From NCBI GenBank assembly GCA_013239625.1, contig MU054220.1, positions 8,467,367 to 8,531,366 on the forward strand: a stretch of DNA of 64,000 nucleotides, read 5' to 3'. The position numbers were made by a program, and so were the translations under genes. Positions 1 to 11,503 of the stretch are shown here, piece by piece. Numbering within the stretch: the stretch's first letter is position 1; each line of letters begins with the position of its first letter. The notes under the pieces were generated by a model. The model did not search any database, had not been told where the DNA came from, and saw only the letters and a program-made list of their open reading frames with translations. This DNA is from Lama guanicoe (taxonomy: Eukaryota).

Positions 1-859
1 CTCATGAAGGGCAAACAATGCCCTGATCACTTGTGTTTCTTAAATGACATCTTTTATCTGCATAATAATTATCTTCTCATCAACCAAAAGTCTAACTTTG
101 GAAATGGAATTTTCTCAAAGAGTGGAATTGTTAAAAGGGCTAACTCTCTAACAGAGAGTCACAAAATCATGTGTATATTAGCCAGGGCCCAAGAAAAAGG
201 CCATGTTCATGTAGGCGCTTAATTGATTTCGGTTAATGATGATGATACACTCCCTGAGTACAAGCACCAATTAGGGAGAAAAGCAACTTGACGATGCTTA
301 AAATTAGAAGAGTGCTCAAGAAAGCAAGGAATTCCAGGAAAGATACCTTAATAGTGCAAACCACCCATTTCAGTTTCAAGAGCACTGTGAATCAACTTTT
401 CCATTTTACTCACTTGAAACTAGCCCTGAAAAGTCCCAAGATTTTAAGAATGCTTAAAATCTGGAAATGCTGGGAAACACCTGACTAAAAATCCACAACC
501 AGGTGAATCATAAGCGCAAGGTGGCTTTATTCCCCCCCTCCACAATCTGAGTTATATATGATAGGTAGGTAAAGATATCCATGTTCTTCCATGTAATTGC
601 ACAAAGCTGGTATTCTCTCTGCCAAATGGCATGTTATTTCTAATGGTATGTTAACCACAGTTAGATTTTGAAGTGCATTGAAATGATTTGTGTTGACTGG
701 AATTTCTGCTCTTGGTTCCATCCAAAATGGCTACCAATATAAACAGGCATTCATTTATAAGGGATCCCTACAAACAAGGAAGATTTTAGTAATGTATTCT
801 GAGTTTACTACTCAAAATGTTTTGGGCTGAGTTATTGAAGATCTATTAGGGGCTGAACT

Positions 860-1250
860 AGATACTGTGGATTTCCCCTTCAAGACTAAGGCATTCATTC
901 TCCCAGCTTCTGGAAGTATAGTTGCTCAAACTTGAGATCCTCTTCAGGACGTTTCCTTAAGTGAAAAAACTGCCTCACCCAAGATGATGAACCACCCCTT
1001 GAGTCAACCAGTGTGTAACACCCATTTTGTGTGAGTGTGAAGACCCAGCTCCCTTGCCTCAGTGGGAGCGTTCTGCTCCTGTTAGGACTGGTGAGGCCTC
1101 TGTTGCAGTTATACCTCAGATCACTTACCTTATCTCCCTTCCCAACATTACCTACCTCATTGCCCACAGATACTATGTCTCAAATCAATCCCTGATAAAA
1201 GTCCTAAGTACAAACTGAAGAATCTGTCTCTTGGGGAACCTGAGCAACCA
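860..1250 (+). mobile_element. LTR16-like ERVL 5' LTR (degenerate)
   Basis: Contains AAGACCCAGCTCCCTTGCCTC and ends TCTGTCTCTTGGGGAACCTGAGCAACCA, both resembling LTR16 motifs as recalled. Directly followed by ERVL-like internal sequence. Left boundary uncertain. Confidence 0.7.
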
Positions 1251-2475
1251 TAGGTGTTTCTAGGAGAGGCCCTAATGAGCCAATCCTAAACTGGGATTTC
1301 TGTGTTGGCTTACCCACCTTCAGTGTGCAATGAAGACCTCACCACTTGTAGTAAGTGGATAACTGATGAGTCCTGGTCTGTACATTTAGAGCCTTCACGC
1401 AAACTTTTACTGGGGATGGGTCTGGATGAATACACCTAGAAAAGAATGCACAGGCATGTGCAATATCCCAGGATCCACTTCAAGAGAAACTTGAAGTAAC
1501 AATGGAGGCTATTACTGGATGGATTTTTCTAAGGGCTTTTGAAAAAGAACAGAGAAAAAATGAAAGGCTAAAGGTGATGAATATAAAGTAGATTGAGAAA
1601 GTCAACAGGCCTCTTGGCTGCATATAAAGAAGAAAAAGACAGAAAGAGAATGAGAATCTGAACTAGAGCTTATTATATGTGAAGAGTTCTTTAGAAAACG
1701 TTGCATTGTCATCGTGGGCAGTTCTCCTGTACCATGATAAGAAGCCTGGTTGGGCAAGGGTGGATACCTGAAACACAGAATGAGGCATCTGGATGGATGA
1801 ACTTAAACATTTTTAAATCTATTTCCCTTGAGTATTCTGGGATTACAGAAGTTGCCTGCTCCTCCTTATTACAGCTTAAGCATCCTGCTTACTTGAAGAT
1901 AAAGTTAAAGCTTATGAATTATGGAATAACATGTTTCATTCAGAATTTACCTCCATCTCTACTCTGGATCCACAGACTTATAACTAGTGTCAAGTCATAT
2001 TATAACTCATCAGAGGAAGTACTGGACCTGCTAATACCAAATTCTATATCAAAATGCTGCAGGAGCTAGCCAAAATGTATTGGCAGGTCCTGGGATGTGT
2101 GGGCAATCTACAGAATGTCACATTAATCTTGTATATCAATAACCTCATGTTAATCAAACTGCATGAACAACAAATGGAAGACATATCTAAGGCCTTGATA
2201 AGATGATGTCCTCAGAAGGTGTGGAAAAATAATATAGAGAAATTGAAGTTTCCAGTGGTCTGAGGCATACTGAAATATTCCATGCAAAGCAATAGACAAA
2301 TTATACAATTTGCATCCCACCACTAAGATGCTACCATGCATGGTAGGCCTCTCCGGGTTCTAGAAGTAGCATATTCCATGGTGGTAATGTACTCTACCCA
2401 CTTCCCACGTTACAAGGGAGCCTATCAGCTTTGATTTGGACCAGATCATAAAAGAGCTCTTCAGTAGACCCAGCC
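1251..2475 (+). mobile_element. ERVL internal remnant (ERV3-16A3_I-like): leader, gag fragment and reverse-transcriptase fragment, all disrupted
   Basis: Leader ...CTGGGATTTCTGTGTTGGCTTACCCACC...GCAATGAAGACCTCACCACTTGTAGTAAGTGG; gag-like GGCCTCTTGGCTGCATATAAAGA and GCCTGGTTGGGCAAGGGTGGATACCTGAAAC; RT-like CAGAATGTCACATTAATCTTGTATATCAATAACCTCATG (YINN at the YIDD position) and GGTAGGCCTCTCCGGGTTCTAGAAGTAGCATATTCCA. Many stops and frameshifts. Confidence 0.8.
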
Positions 2476-2489
2476 TTAAAGATGTAGAT

Positions 2490-2655
2490 GATTTACATAT
2501 GTAAACTCTTGCATCATCACACAATTATCAAGGTGGGTGTTATTCATATCCCTGCTACATATGAGAAATTGAAGTACAGTGATGCTTAGTAACCAGTCTA
2601 TGACACGCTCATATATATTAGAATCAGAATTGAAAACTGTGGCCTTTCTAATGGG
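2490..2655 (-). mobile_element. MIR SINE fragment
   Basis: CATCACACAATTATCAAGGTGGGTGTTATTCATATCCC...CATATGAGAAATTGAAGTACAG resembles the reverse-complemented MIR core. Confidence 0.6.
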
Positions 2656-2789
2656 AATTAACATGAGCCATGCAGACTCTACATCGCCAGGAGTGTAAAG
2701 TATGATCATAACTGGGTCCATGGTGAAACAGAATTTCAGTTGTGATTGAATACACTGAGTAGTGAGGAAGATGCCATAGAATATACTAG

Positions 2790-2987
2790 AACACAGGTCA
2801 ATCCAACCCACGACTATTTTGCAAATCAAATTTTATTGAAACACAGTCACAGTCGTTCATTCACTTACATGATGTGTATGATTTGTTTTCATGTTGCAAA
2901 GACAGAGTTGAGTGGTTGTGATTAATACTTAATGGCCCAAAAGACCATGACATTTTCTACCTGGCTCTTTACAGTAAAAGTTTGCTT
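2790..2987 (-). mobile_element. MER58A (hAT-Charlie) non-autonomous DNA transposon
   Basis: TTTTATTGAAACACAGTCAC...CAGAGTTGAGTGGTTGTGA...CTACCTGGCTCTTTACAGTAAAAGTTTGC matches MER58A in reverse. Confidence 0.75.
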
Positions 2988-4174
2988 TAGTTACAGTCTT
3001 GGGATAACGATGAACGAGTAGGTTAAGAGAAAATGTTGAATATTCTTGGCTCTGTTTTTGTTCACAGTTTTTTTCACACACCTAGCACAATGCTTATTAG
3101 CACTTGGAACACAGTAAAAATACTTGCTGGAACAAAGATAATAGAGTTCTGTAGAGAGTTTTGGATATAGCAGTATGTAATGAAAATTATTTAAGGATAA
3201 TTATTCTGACAATGTTTTCCCACAGAAATTAGAGGAAAGTGACTTTAAAGATATGAAATATTAGAAAAATCTTACAATAATTCAGGTAAGGAGTAGCACA
3301 GTCATTTAGTGCTAGCATGAAATACAGAGGGAAAAAAGGGAAATTGATGAAAACAACATTCTGGGAAAGAAAAATAAAGGCGATTACTAGTTGATCGGAT
3401 GTGGGTAATATATTCTTGCACATTACCTCTAAGGATTTTTAATAAATACTGTGTTTTTTAGATGATTGACTCTGTTAGAATTTTATAGAAATTGGCTGTC
3501 CATGAATATACCTGCTGTCTTTCCATCAATGGGGTGTTGCCTTAAGAAGCCATTCAGTTCAGAAACCAGTATTAGCATCAGTGCACAATTTTCTTTCATT
3601 GGTGACATATAAGTTGTATCTGATTCTTGCTGGTTCAGTCAGAGACTTCATTGACTCACTTGTCTTTTTGTTTTAAACCCTCCAAAATACTCTTCTTTCT
3701 GTTTGTTCAGCTTCAGCTTCTATTATATTTCTAAGATGATCTCCCTGAACTTAGACTTGATTGAAATCCTCTGTGTCCGAAACCAGGTCTCACTGAAGAG
3801 TCATACACAGTTCATTTTGTTTAAAGAGAAAGTAAAAATATCAGTCAAGTAACAGACAAAAATCTCAGTGTTGAATGTGTGACTTGCTGTCTATCATTCT
3901 TTCTACATCATTTCTCTCTAGGAAAGATACCAACTCGTAAATAAAAGAATAAAAAGATTCCAATTCTTTGGAGGATTGTAGACTTTTTAAATTTTCCTTA
4001 ACATTTGCTTTTCTGTAGATGTATTGCACACAGATATCTGCCATGGCAAATACTTTCTATGATTATTTAAATGTTATTTTTAAGGGAAAAACAGTCTTGT
4101 TTTTTATATTTTTGAAAGGATATTGAATCTCCAACCTGTATATACATCTGAGTGATTTTATTCCGAAGTTACCC

Positions 4175-4250
4175 ATTCATTTGTTCATCAAATATTTATT
4201 GAGTGCCATGTAATATGTGAGATGTAACATGCAATCTCATTGCAAGTTTT
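4175..4250 (-). mobile_element. L2 3' end fragment
   Basis: CATTCATTTGTTCATCAAATATTTATTGAGTGCC is the typical reverse-complemented L2 tail. Confidence 0.6.
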
Positions 4251-4519
4251 CAATCCAAGAAGAAATATTAAGGAACAACTGAACAACCTTTAGATTTACT
4301 AGGCATGTAAACTTCCCCCAAACAAGAGCCTTGATGAGTTGTGAAGACCAGGAGAAAAGCTGGACAAGACTCTCAGAGGAGCCGGAGGGGAGATAGTACA
4401 CGGTTCTAAAAGTCTCCCTGGGGTTCACAGTTGGAAAATCGGGGCACAAGAACCAAAATGATAGGAAAGGCATATTCAAAAATTACAATTTTAGACTGAA
4501 ATATCAGAAATACCTGATG

Positions 4520-5150
4520 ATAACAAAAATGAGGTTGTAGCTTACGCAGTCCATGTCCAAGGTGAAGTGGGTGTAAACGTCTACGGAAGAACCTCCAGGA
4601 CCTCACTGTCCCATGGAGGCATTAAGTAAACAACCATAGACTGGCTGAAACAGCTATTCGAGCGCTCTGGAAACCCGTAGAGAGTTTGCAGCAACCAAGC
4701 AACTGTTTAATGGAGAAAAATCCACACACAACGTGATAGAAATTTTTGTGCCGTTTTGGGTGACTCTTGCCCCACTTTCTCCCTGGCACGGTACAGTGAG
4801 GTTGGGAGCGGGCAGCCCAATTCCCAGTTCCCTCCCTCAGAAAAAGAGTGGAACTTACTTGCAATGTCCTTTCCTGTCTGTGCACTGCCCAAGGGAATGG
4901 TTTCTGTACAGCCTAAGCCAGAGTTCACACTGCAATGGCAGCATGCTTTGAATGGGAGTTTGGGAGCTGCAGAAGGCAGGGGCAGGCACCAAGGCTCATG
5001 AAAACTTAGGCTCACCCAGATGTCAGCGGGTAAGAGATCACAGGCAGAGAAATACAATAGAACACCCAAAGCCTGAGAAGAAACTAGAGGGAGATACTTA
5101 GGGAAATTAATACATTTAAATGTAGCCATATTAAAAAAAGAATTGGAAAC
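4520..5150 (+). mobile_element. Ancient L1M 5'UTR-like segment
   Basis: CTCTGGAAACCCGTAGAGAGTTTGCAGCAACCAAGC...CTTGCCCCAC...AATACAATAGAACACCCAAAGCCTGAGAAG...GGGAAATTAATACATTTAAA resembles recalled L1M/L1MB 5'-end consensus. Confidence 0.55.
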
Positions 5151-5179
5151 ACACACATAGAGATGCAATACAGACACAC

Positions 5180-5540
5180 ACATGCTACAACAAGACGGAA
5201 CCTCAACCTCAAAAACATGATGCTAAATAAAATGTCAGTCATAAAAGGGCAAATACTGTATCACTCTACTTATATGAGATATCTAGTGCAGTCAAATTCA
5301 TAAAGACACAAGGGTAAATGGTGGTTGTAGGGACTTTGGACTGGGGTAATAGTAGGTTTTCTTGTTTAGTGAGAACAGAAGTTTCAGTTTAAGCATATGA
5401 AATAGTTCTGGAAATGGATGGTGATAATGGTTGCACAACAATGTGAATGTACTTAATAACACTTAAAATGATTAACATAGTACATTTTGTAGTATGTAGC
5501 ATTTTACCACAATTTTAGAACATTGCATCAAAAAAAAATG
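5180..5540 (+). mobile_element. L1MB-type 3' end with A-rich tail
   Basis: CATGCTACAAC...GGGCAAATACTGTAT...AGTTCTGGAAATGGATGGTGATAATGGTTGCACAACAATGTGAATGTACTTAAT...TTTTACCACAAT is characteristic of the L1MB 3'UTR. Confidence 0.85.
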
Positions 5541-5864
5541 TTGACAGAAAAGATCCTGTTATGTTTAGACTTGATATTTTACCTCTGAGGATGAGGAAGT
5601 CCCTGGGCATGAAGACAGATGGGAAAAAAGAATTTACGTGGGACAAATGGTCTTGAATGAGAAAGACACTATGACCGGGAGGCTAGTAACTGTCAACAGT
5701 GAGGAAACGATGCTGTGAGTCTCAAATGAGGAGTGTGGAAGAATAGTCATGGTCGGGAACTTACAGTGTGGCTGAAAGCGGGTACCTGTTCCACGTCCTG
5801 AACCTAAGATTACACAACCTATAAAAGAGAGAGAAGTTGCCTTTGGGAGGACTATAGGCATATT

Positions 5865-6335
5865 GGTTAGGGATTGTGTTCATGTAAGAACACAGAAATT
5901 CCAAGTTACAGTGACATGTACAATACAATGGTGTTGATTTTCTTTTTTACCCAACATAAAGAGGAGTAGGCATTTGAGTGCATGAGAAGATTATCACAGA
6001 ATCAGACTCACTAAGTTTCTCACTTGCCTTCATCAGAGTTGGATTTCATCTCCAGCATACCCAGATACTAACAAAATGGCACTCAAATTACAGCTGTGAC
6101 AGTCATATTCTCAGCAAGATGAAGAAGGAAAAGCAGAAAAACTCCAACAGGCTTCCCGGATGAGTCACTATTCTTTAAGAGTTTCAGGGAAGTCCAGCCA
6201 ATTAATCCCTGCTAGTTCTCCACTGGTGAACTCAAGGTACAAGGAACAGTTGGATATACAGTCTTTAGTTGAGCACATTGCTGGCCCAGACAATATATGT
6301 CTTCTGTTTACAAAGAAGACAAAGATAATGGTTGC
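5865..6335 (-). mobile_element. Old MaLR (MLT1-type) LTR, highly diverged
   Basis: TATTGGTTAGGGATTGTGTTCATGTAAGAACACAGAAATTCCAAGTTACAGTGAC start and GAGCACATTGCTGGCCCAGAC near the end resemble old MLT1 LTRs. Confidence 0.45.
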
Positions 6336-6569
6336 TGAGTACGCTACAAGAATTCTGTCACCTGTGGAAAATTGATGTACTTGGGGGCAACTGCATTTCG
6401 GTTAAGGGAAGAAAGAGAATGGCAAATTCAAAGGCATGGAACCAGATTTGGCTCATGTTTGCCAAACTTCCTCAAGGCATGTGGCAAGCTAGTGATAATA
6501 AATAATGATCCTGACACCCATTCGAGCATTTCTCTCTATCAGTTTATAACCAATTGAAAATTCAAAACT

Positions 6570-6765
6570 CAATGCTCTTATTGAACAAAGAACAAGTGTG
6601 TTTATTGTATCCTGTTATGGAAATATTTTGCATATAATACTGAACAAAATGAACATGGTTAAGGTCCTTAATGGCAGTAATGTTTTAGTGGTGACAAAGA
6701 CATTAAACGAACACACAATTCAAGCAGCAGCAAGTGTTATGCACAGAAAGTCCATATTACTATTA
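6570..6765 (-). mobile_element. L2 fragment
   Basis: TGAACAAAATGAACATGGTTAAGGTCCTTAATGG...TTTTAGTGGTGACAAAGACATTAAAC resembles the L2 3' region. Confidence 0.5.
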
Positions 6766-6769
6766 AAAA

Positions 6770-6989
6770 AAGGGTCATCATGTTTTTTTTCCCCAGAAAG
6801 ACCAGACAGTAAAAATATTAGCCTTTGAGTCCAAGTGGTCTGTGTCCCAGCTGTTCAGCTCCACTGTTGTAGTGAAAAGAGTCAAGACAGTACTTAAAAT
6901 TGAACCCAGTTGTGTGCCAGTAAAGCTCCATTTACTCAAACAGGTGGTAGACTAGATGCGGCCCACAGTCTATAGTGTGCTGATCCCTG
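6770..6989 (+). mobile_element. MER58A (hAT-Charlie), near full length
   Basis: CCAGACAGTAAAAATATTAGCCTTTG...CAGGTGGTAGACTAGATGCGGCCCACAGTCTATAGTGTGCTGATCCCTG, ending in the recognisable right terminal repeat. Confidence 0.8.
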
Positions 6990-7525
6990 CCCTAGGAGAA
7001 ATATTTTGAACTTAGGATTAGAGAAAAACAACTGAACTTATGTAGAATCAACCATCTGCTGTCGGCTAAAATACGTAGCACTGTGCACAGCGAATCACAA
7101 TAAATGCCCAGCTGCTGTGTAGTTTTAATGCTTACCATCAGTCCTCCCCTCTGCAGCATGGTTCGCATGCTAGCTTTGAGCGGATGGTTAACGTCTTTGT
7201 GGTTTTTTATTCTGAATTACTTTCTTTGCCTGTCTCAATTTTTAGCCTTCAGTTTTTTAAATTGTTGATTTTCAACAGTCAACAAAATTATACATCAGAT
7301 TGATCGTGTCCTCTTGCCAGAGCTAATGAATTCATTTCTGAAATTTATAGCCTAAGTGTGAACTCACTCTAGTATATAATATGAAAAATGACTTCCAGTG
7401 TCAGTTTTGCCTAGAAAACCACCTCCTCGTTCTTCCTCCTTACTCAAAAATACCCTTTTATCTTTAGCTATCCCTTCTGCGTTATTGGCAAAGGGCTTCC
7501 CCGGCGGGGCTTACTGGTTGGTGGT

Positions 7526-7904
7526 TGCATCACTTTGCTAGGGCTGCCTAACAAAGTACCACGCGCTGGCTTCAACGACTGAACTCTACTTTCTCCCAGC
7601 TCTGAAGGCTGCAAGGCCGAATCAAGGAATCAGGAGGTTGGGTTTTTCTCCTGAGGTCTCTCTCTCTGGCTTGCAGAGGGCCACCTTCTCACCGTGTCCT
7701 CGCAGGGTCCACTCTCTGTGTGCACACACTCCTGATGTCTCTTCCTCTTCTTATAAGGACACGGACCCTGCTGGATTAGGACCCTGCTCTGATGACATCA
7801 TTTAACTGTCACACCTCTTTAAAAGCCTTATCAATACAGTAGTCATATTGGGAGTTAGAGATTCAACATGCAAATTTGGGGGGAGTAAAATTGAGTTCAT
7901 GACA
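7526..7904 (-). mobile_element. MaLR solo LTR (MLT1B-like) with intact 5-bp TSD
   Basis: TG...CA ends; GCTAGGGCTGCC-TAACAAAGTACCAC and TCTCTTCCTCTTCTTATAAGGACAC motifs; perfect flanking GTGGT at 7521-7525 and 7905-7909. Confidence 0.9.
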
Positions 7905-8066
7905 GTGGTTAAAATGTTTCCATGAAATAAAATAAATCATTGCCGGATTTATCTTCTTATTATTTCCTATGCTATGTATAAAGGCTCTGTCTTTCATTTG
8001 TGATATTTATTTTGAAGACCTAGTGCTTTCTTTCCAGCTCCTGGTTCTTACCTACAGATCACTTCT

Positions 8067-8084
8067 CACACACACACACACACA
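8067..8084. repeat. (CA)n microsatellite
   Basis: Visible CA run. Confidence 0.9.
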
Positions 8085-11000
8085 AGATCATCGTAAGAGA
8101 ACTCAGAAAAGGTAGAAATATTGACAGCTCTAGTAAAAAAGGATTGAATTAAATTCAGTTGCTCATGGAGTATTACACTGTTTTATTTGCTCTTGTTGTA
8201 AACTATATTTTAAGATATATATTAATTTTTAAATAGGAAAATAATTTCATATCTTGCCTTGTATAAAAGTAGACATGATTTGCTACGAAAAAATCTCTTG
8301 TTTAAACTATGACAGATTATCTCAATACATAATATTAAATCCCATTAAAAGTAATCAAGATGTGGATAATCTGCATATCTGCTAAAATAAACCACAGTAA
8401 ATAAAATGCCAGTATTACATATATGGAGTTCATTTGGAAATTAACTTCACTCCCTGCCCTGCAATTGGAAGGTAATTAATATAATTTATATCATGAGTAA
8501 AACATCTTAAATAAAAGAAACACATTGTTTTGGGCAAAGAGATAAAAAAAACACTCAGGAAGTTTTGAGAGTAAGGCTTGTATGATAACAATTTTCTTGA
8601 AATCATTATGCTTTCAAGGAAGTAAAATGCTTAGGTTCTTATCTGTTACAGGCTTATAAATATTTCTCCACCACCATATATTCTAATCATCATTTCTATT
8701 TTTCAGGAAACATTTGTTTGGAGAGATGTTCAGTTAAGGAATCCAGTAGAGAAACATATTCAGTGGAACTGAAAGCGAGAATAAATGTTTGGAAGCTGTG
8801 AAAGAAATTGCTTCTGTCCAAAAACCTAGTGTTTGCCTTAAAATTACAAAAATATTACATATGGGACATAAATTGGAAGACAGCCTTCTCTTTGCCTTGC
8901 TAACACCCAGCCACTTTTATTACCATTTATTTAGCAATTAAGGATAATTGTCCTAGTAGTATTATTATCTTGGTCTAGAAACGCATCAAAGGGTGGTTCA
9001 GGCTGTAACGAAAGACGTGTCTAATTGAGTTTACTGCTTCAGAGGATAAAGCCAAGACGGTTTCCAGAATACAGGAGAAGATGCCTGTGTCTTCATGATG
9101 AGTAAGAGTTTTTAGGTTCAGAGAATTATTTTTGAAGAACATGCTACAAACATAAATACATTTTGATTTTTCCCCAAACTAAACACCCATAACTAGAATT
9201 AACCAAAATAGTAGATTGCTTAGAAGATTACTTCAGAAAGAGCAATTTTATATCTGCCATTGCAGATTGCATAACAGCTAAATTCTTAATGTTTTCAAAC
9301 TGACTTGGAAATTTTTCTTCACTGGAGCTTGCGTTCACTCTGGATTTGATCAGGATGCAAATATGGAATGGAGTGTTTTGAACTACCATGACACAAACAC
9401 AGCTTCTTCTCCAACAGATATTGTTGTAACTTCCTTCTGTGATTTTCTTTTCCATCAAATTAAATTGGTCTCAAAGTCACTATGAAGAAAAGATGGAGAA
9501 TGACCTACAGTGGGCACAACAGCCACTCAGGAAGCAATAGCCTTCTTCCCTATCGGCAGACCTCTGTGGAGCTGTAAACATCACCTCTAGCAGAAACAGT
9601 ATTTATTGCAATAGAAAACCAGGGCAAAGTCTCCCCAAAAGAGGTTGTTGTTTTTTTTTTTTTTAACTGACACACACTGGAGCGTCTTTTCTGTGCGCAC
9701 ACAATTCTCTCATTATCATCCCCACCATACCCTCTCCAGAATCACAGCAGTAGTTTCGCAGAAGCTTGGCTGCTTTTGCCAAAGTCAAAAACATTGTCAG
9801 GATCTTTGAACTGGAACTCATCTGTCTGCAAGTCAGGTTGGCATTTATATACCCTTGCCAGTTAAATAGACACTCAAACTTTTATTGTTTCAAAGTTCCA
9901 TTTGTCTTTTATTCCCTCTAAAGTTTCAGCTCTTTGAGTCCTTCTCAAGCAAGAAGAATTCTCAGTGATAGTAAAACAAAGCCATTGCATAATTATAAAG
10001 AAATAGTATATCCTTCATACAGTTCACCTGATGTAAATTAGGATGATAACTACTGGAAATTTCAACTAATGTGGCATTTATATTTTATATAGCTGTGTAA
10101 TGTTATGATACAAGTATGTGTGTGTGCCTATATGAAAAATAGAAAAACATTAATAAAAATAGATAATAGTGAATGGAAAGTTCAATACTCCCTTTACTTT
10201 CTCAGGCATCTGAGTACCACACCTGTTCCTGAAGGCTGTGCAGCAGGATTATATTGTGCATTAAAAACAAAAATAAGGACTTGCAGAAAAATATTTGTTA
10301 CTGTTTGTTATTGTTTTGTTTTAGGCTAGAGTGCTTTTTTTTTTAATTGTCAAGGGCTTAGATCCTTTTTTATTGTATTCTATGTGACTTAAAATGTATT
10401 CAAAACAATTTGTTAAATTTGGTTGCATATCAACAAGTCTAGATAATTTGCATCTATAATTTCAAATTTTATAAGAATAAGTTGCACAAAATGAAGAGAT
10501 ATCATCTTGGACCTTATGCCCAAGAGAGATAAGATGTACATGGTGCAATGTTGGGAAAACAAGACAGCAGTTTCATATTTCTCAGTTTCGAAGGACTAAG
10601 TTGTGTGAAGGAAAGAATTAAGACATTGGGGATGAGTACACGTGTGGCTGTAATAAAGGAATTTTTTAAAAAATTGACCTCTTTCAGGAGAAAGGTTTTA
10701 ATTCCTATAGAATCTTACTTTAAGGAAGTAGATGACTTCAGGATTTAAAACTTAAAAGTTAACCTGATGACGAGTTAAATATGTATATTTTGTATATTAA
10801 ATGGTAAATTTTAGTTTACTGATGAATTAAGCCTCAGTAAAATATGCTTCTTTCAATACTGCTGAATAAGAAAGACACTGCAATTTAATATACTTTAACA
10901 AAACAATTCTTAGGCTGATTTTAAGTGGCCAGCATAGAATTTGAATCAATAAGATTTATTAATTACTATTTGCTTAGAATCAGTCTTAGTAAGAATTAAT

Positions 11001-11485
11001 GTTATTTATAAAACTTAGGCAGTTTTGATTGTACATCCTAATCCAGTCATGTAATGTTAAACGTTTTTCTTTCTTGATAGAAAAAATGCTAATTTCAATC
11101 AAAATATGAGAAAAATTTCTTTAAAAAACAGATTTCTCTTAGTTTAAAATATAAGCCTCAGGCAACCTAAAATCTGAACTTTGGTGAAAATATTTGAAAC
11201 CCCCTATAAAATATTATTGTATGTTAAAATATCTGGAGATGACTTTCTACAGACGTTTCAAATTCTTAAACAGTGATATTATAAGAAAGAACTTTCTAAT
11301 AGGCAGAAGCTTTCACAAGATCAGTGCAGGCTTTTGAAAGATTTCCCACTGAAAATGTTTTTTGCAGAAACCTTTGGCTTATGTACGATTGCATCCCCCC
11401 AAATCCCTTTCCCATACCCCCTCACAAAATAAAAGAAAGAACAAACAAAATCACTGTCCCCTTCTTCCTAGCATTCAAAGTGTCC

Positions 11486-11503
11486 GTTGCACTCTAGTGG
11501 CCG
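11486..11503 (-). promoter_or_regulatory. Candidate CTCF site
   Basis: Reverse complement CGGCCACTAGAGTGCAAC; the first 13 core positions (CCACTAGAGTGCA) differ once from the CCASYAGRKGGCR consensus. Confidence 0.45.

Noticed and set aside
2790..6989. Two oppositely oriented MER58A copies as ends of a composite transposon
   Set aside because: The copies are strongly diverged from each other, I see no shared outer TSD, and independent insertions of a common MITE explain them.
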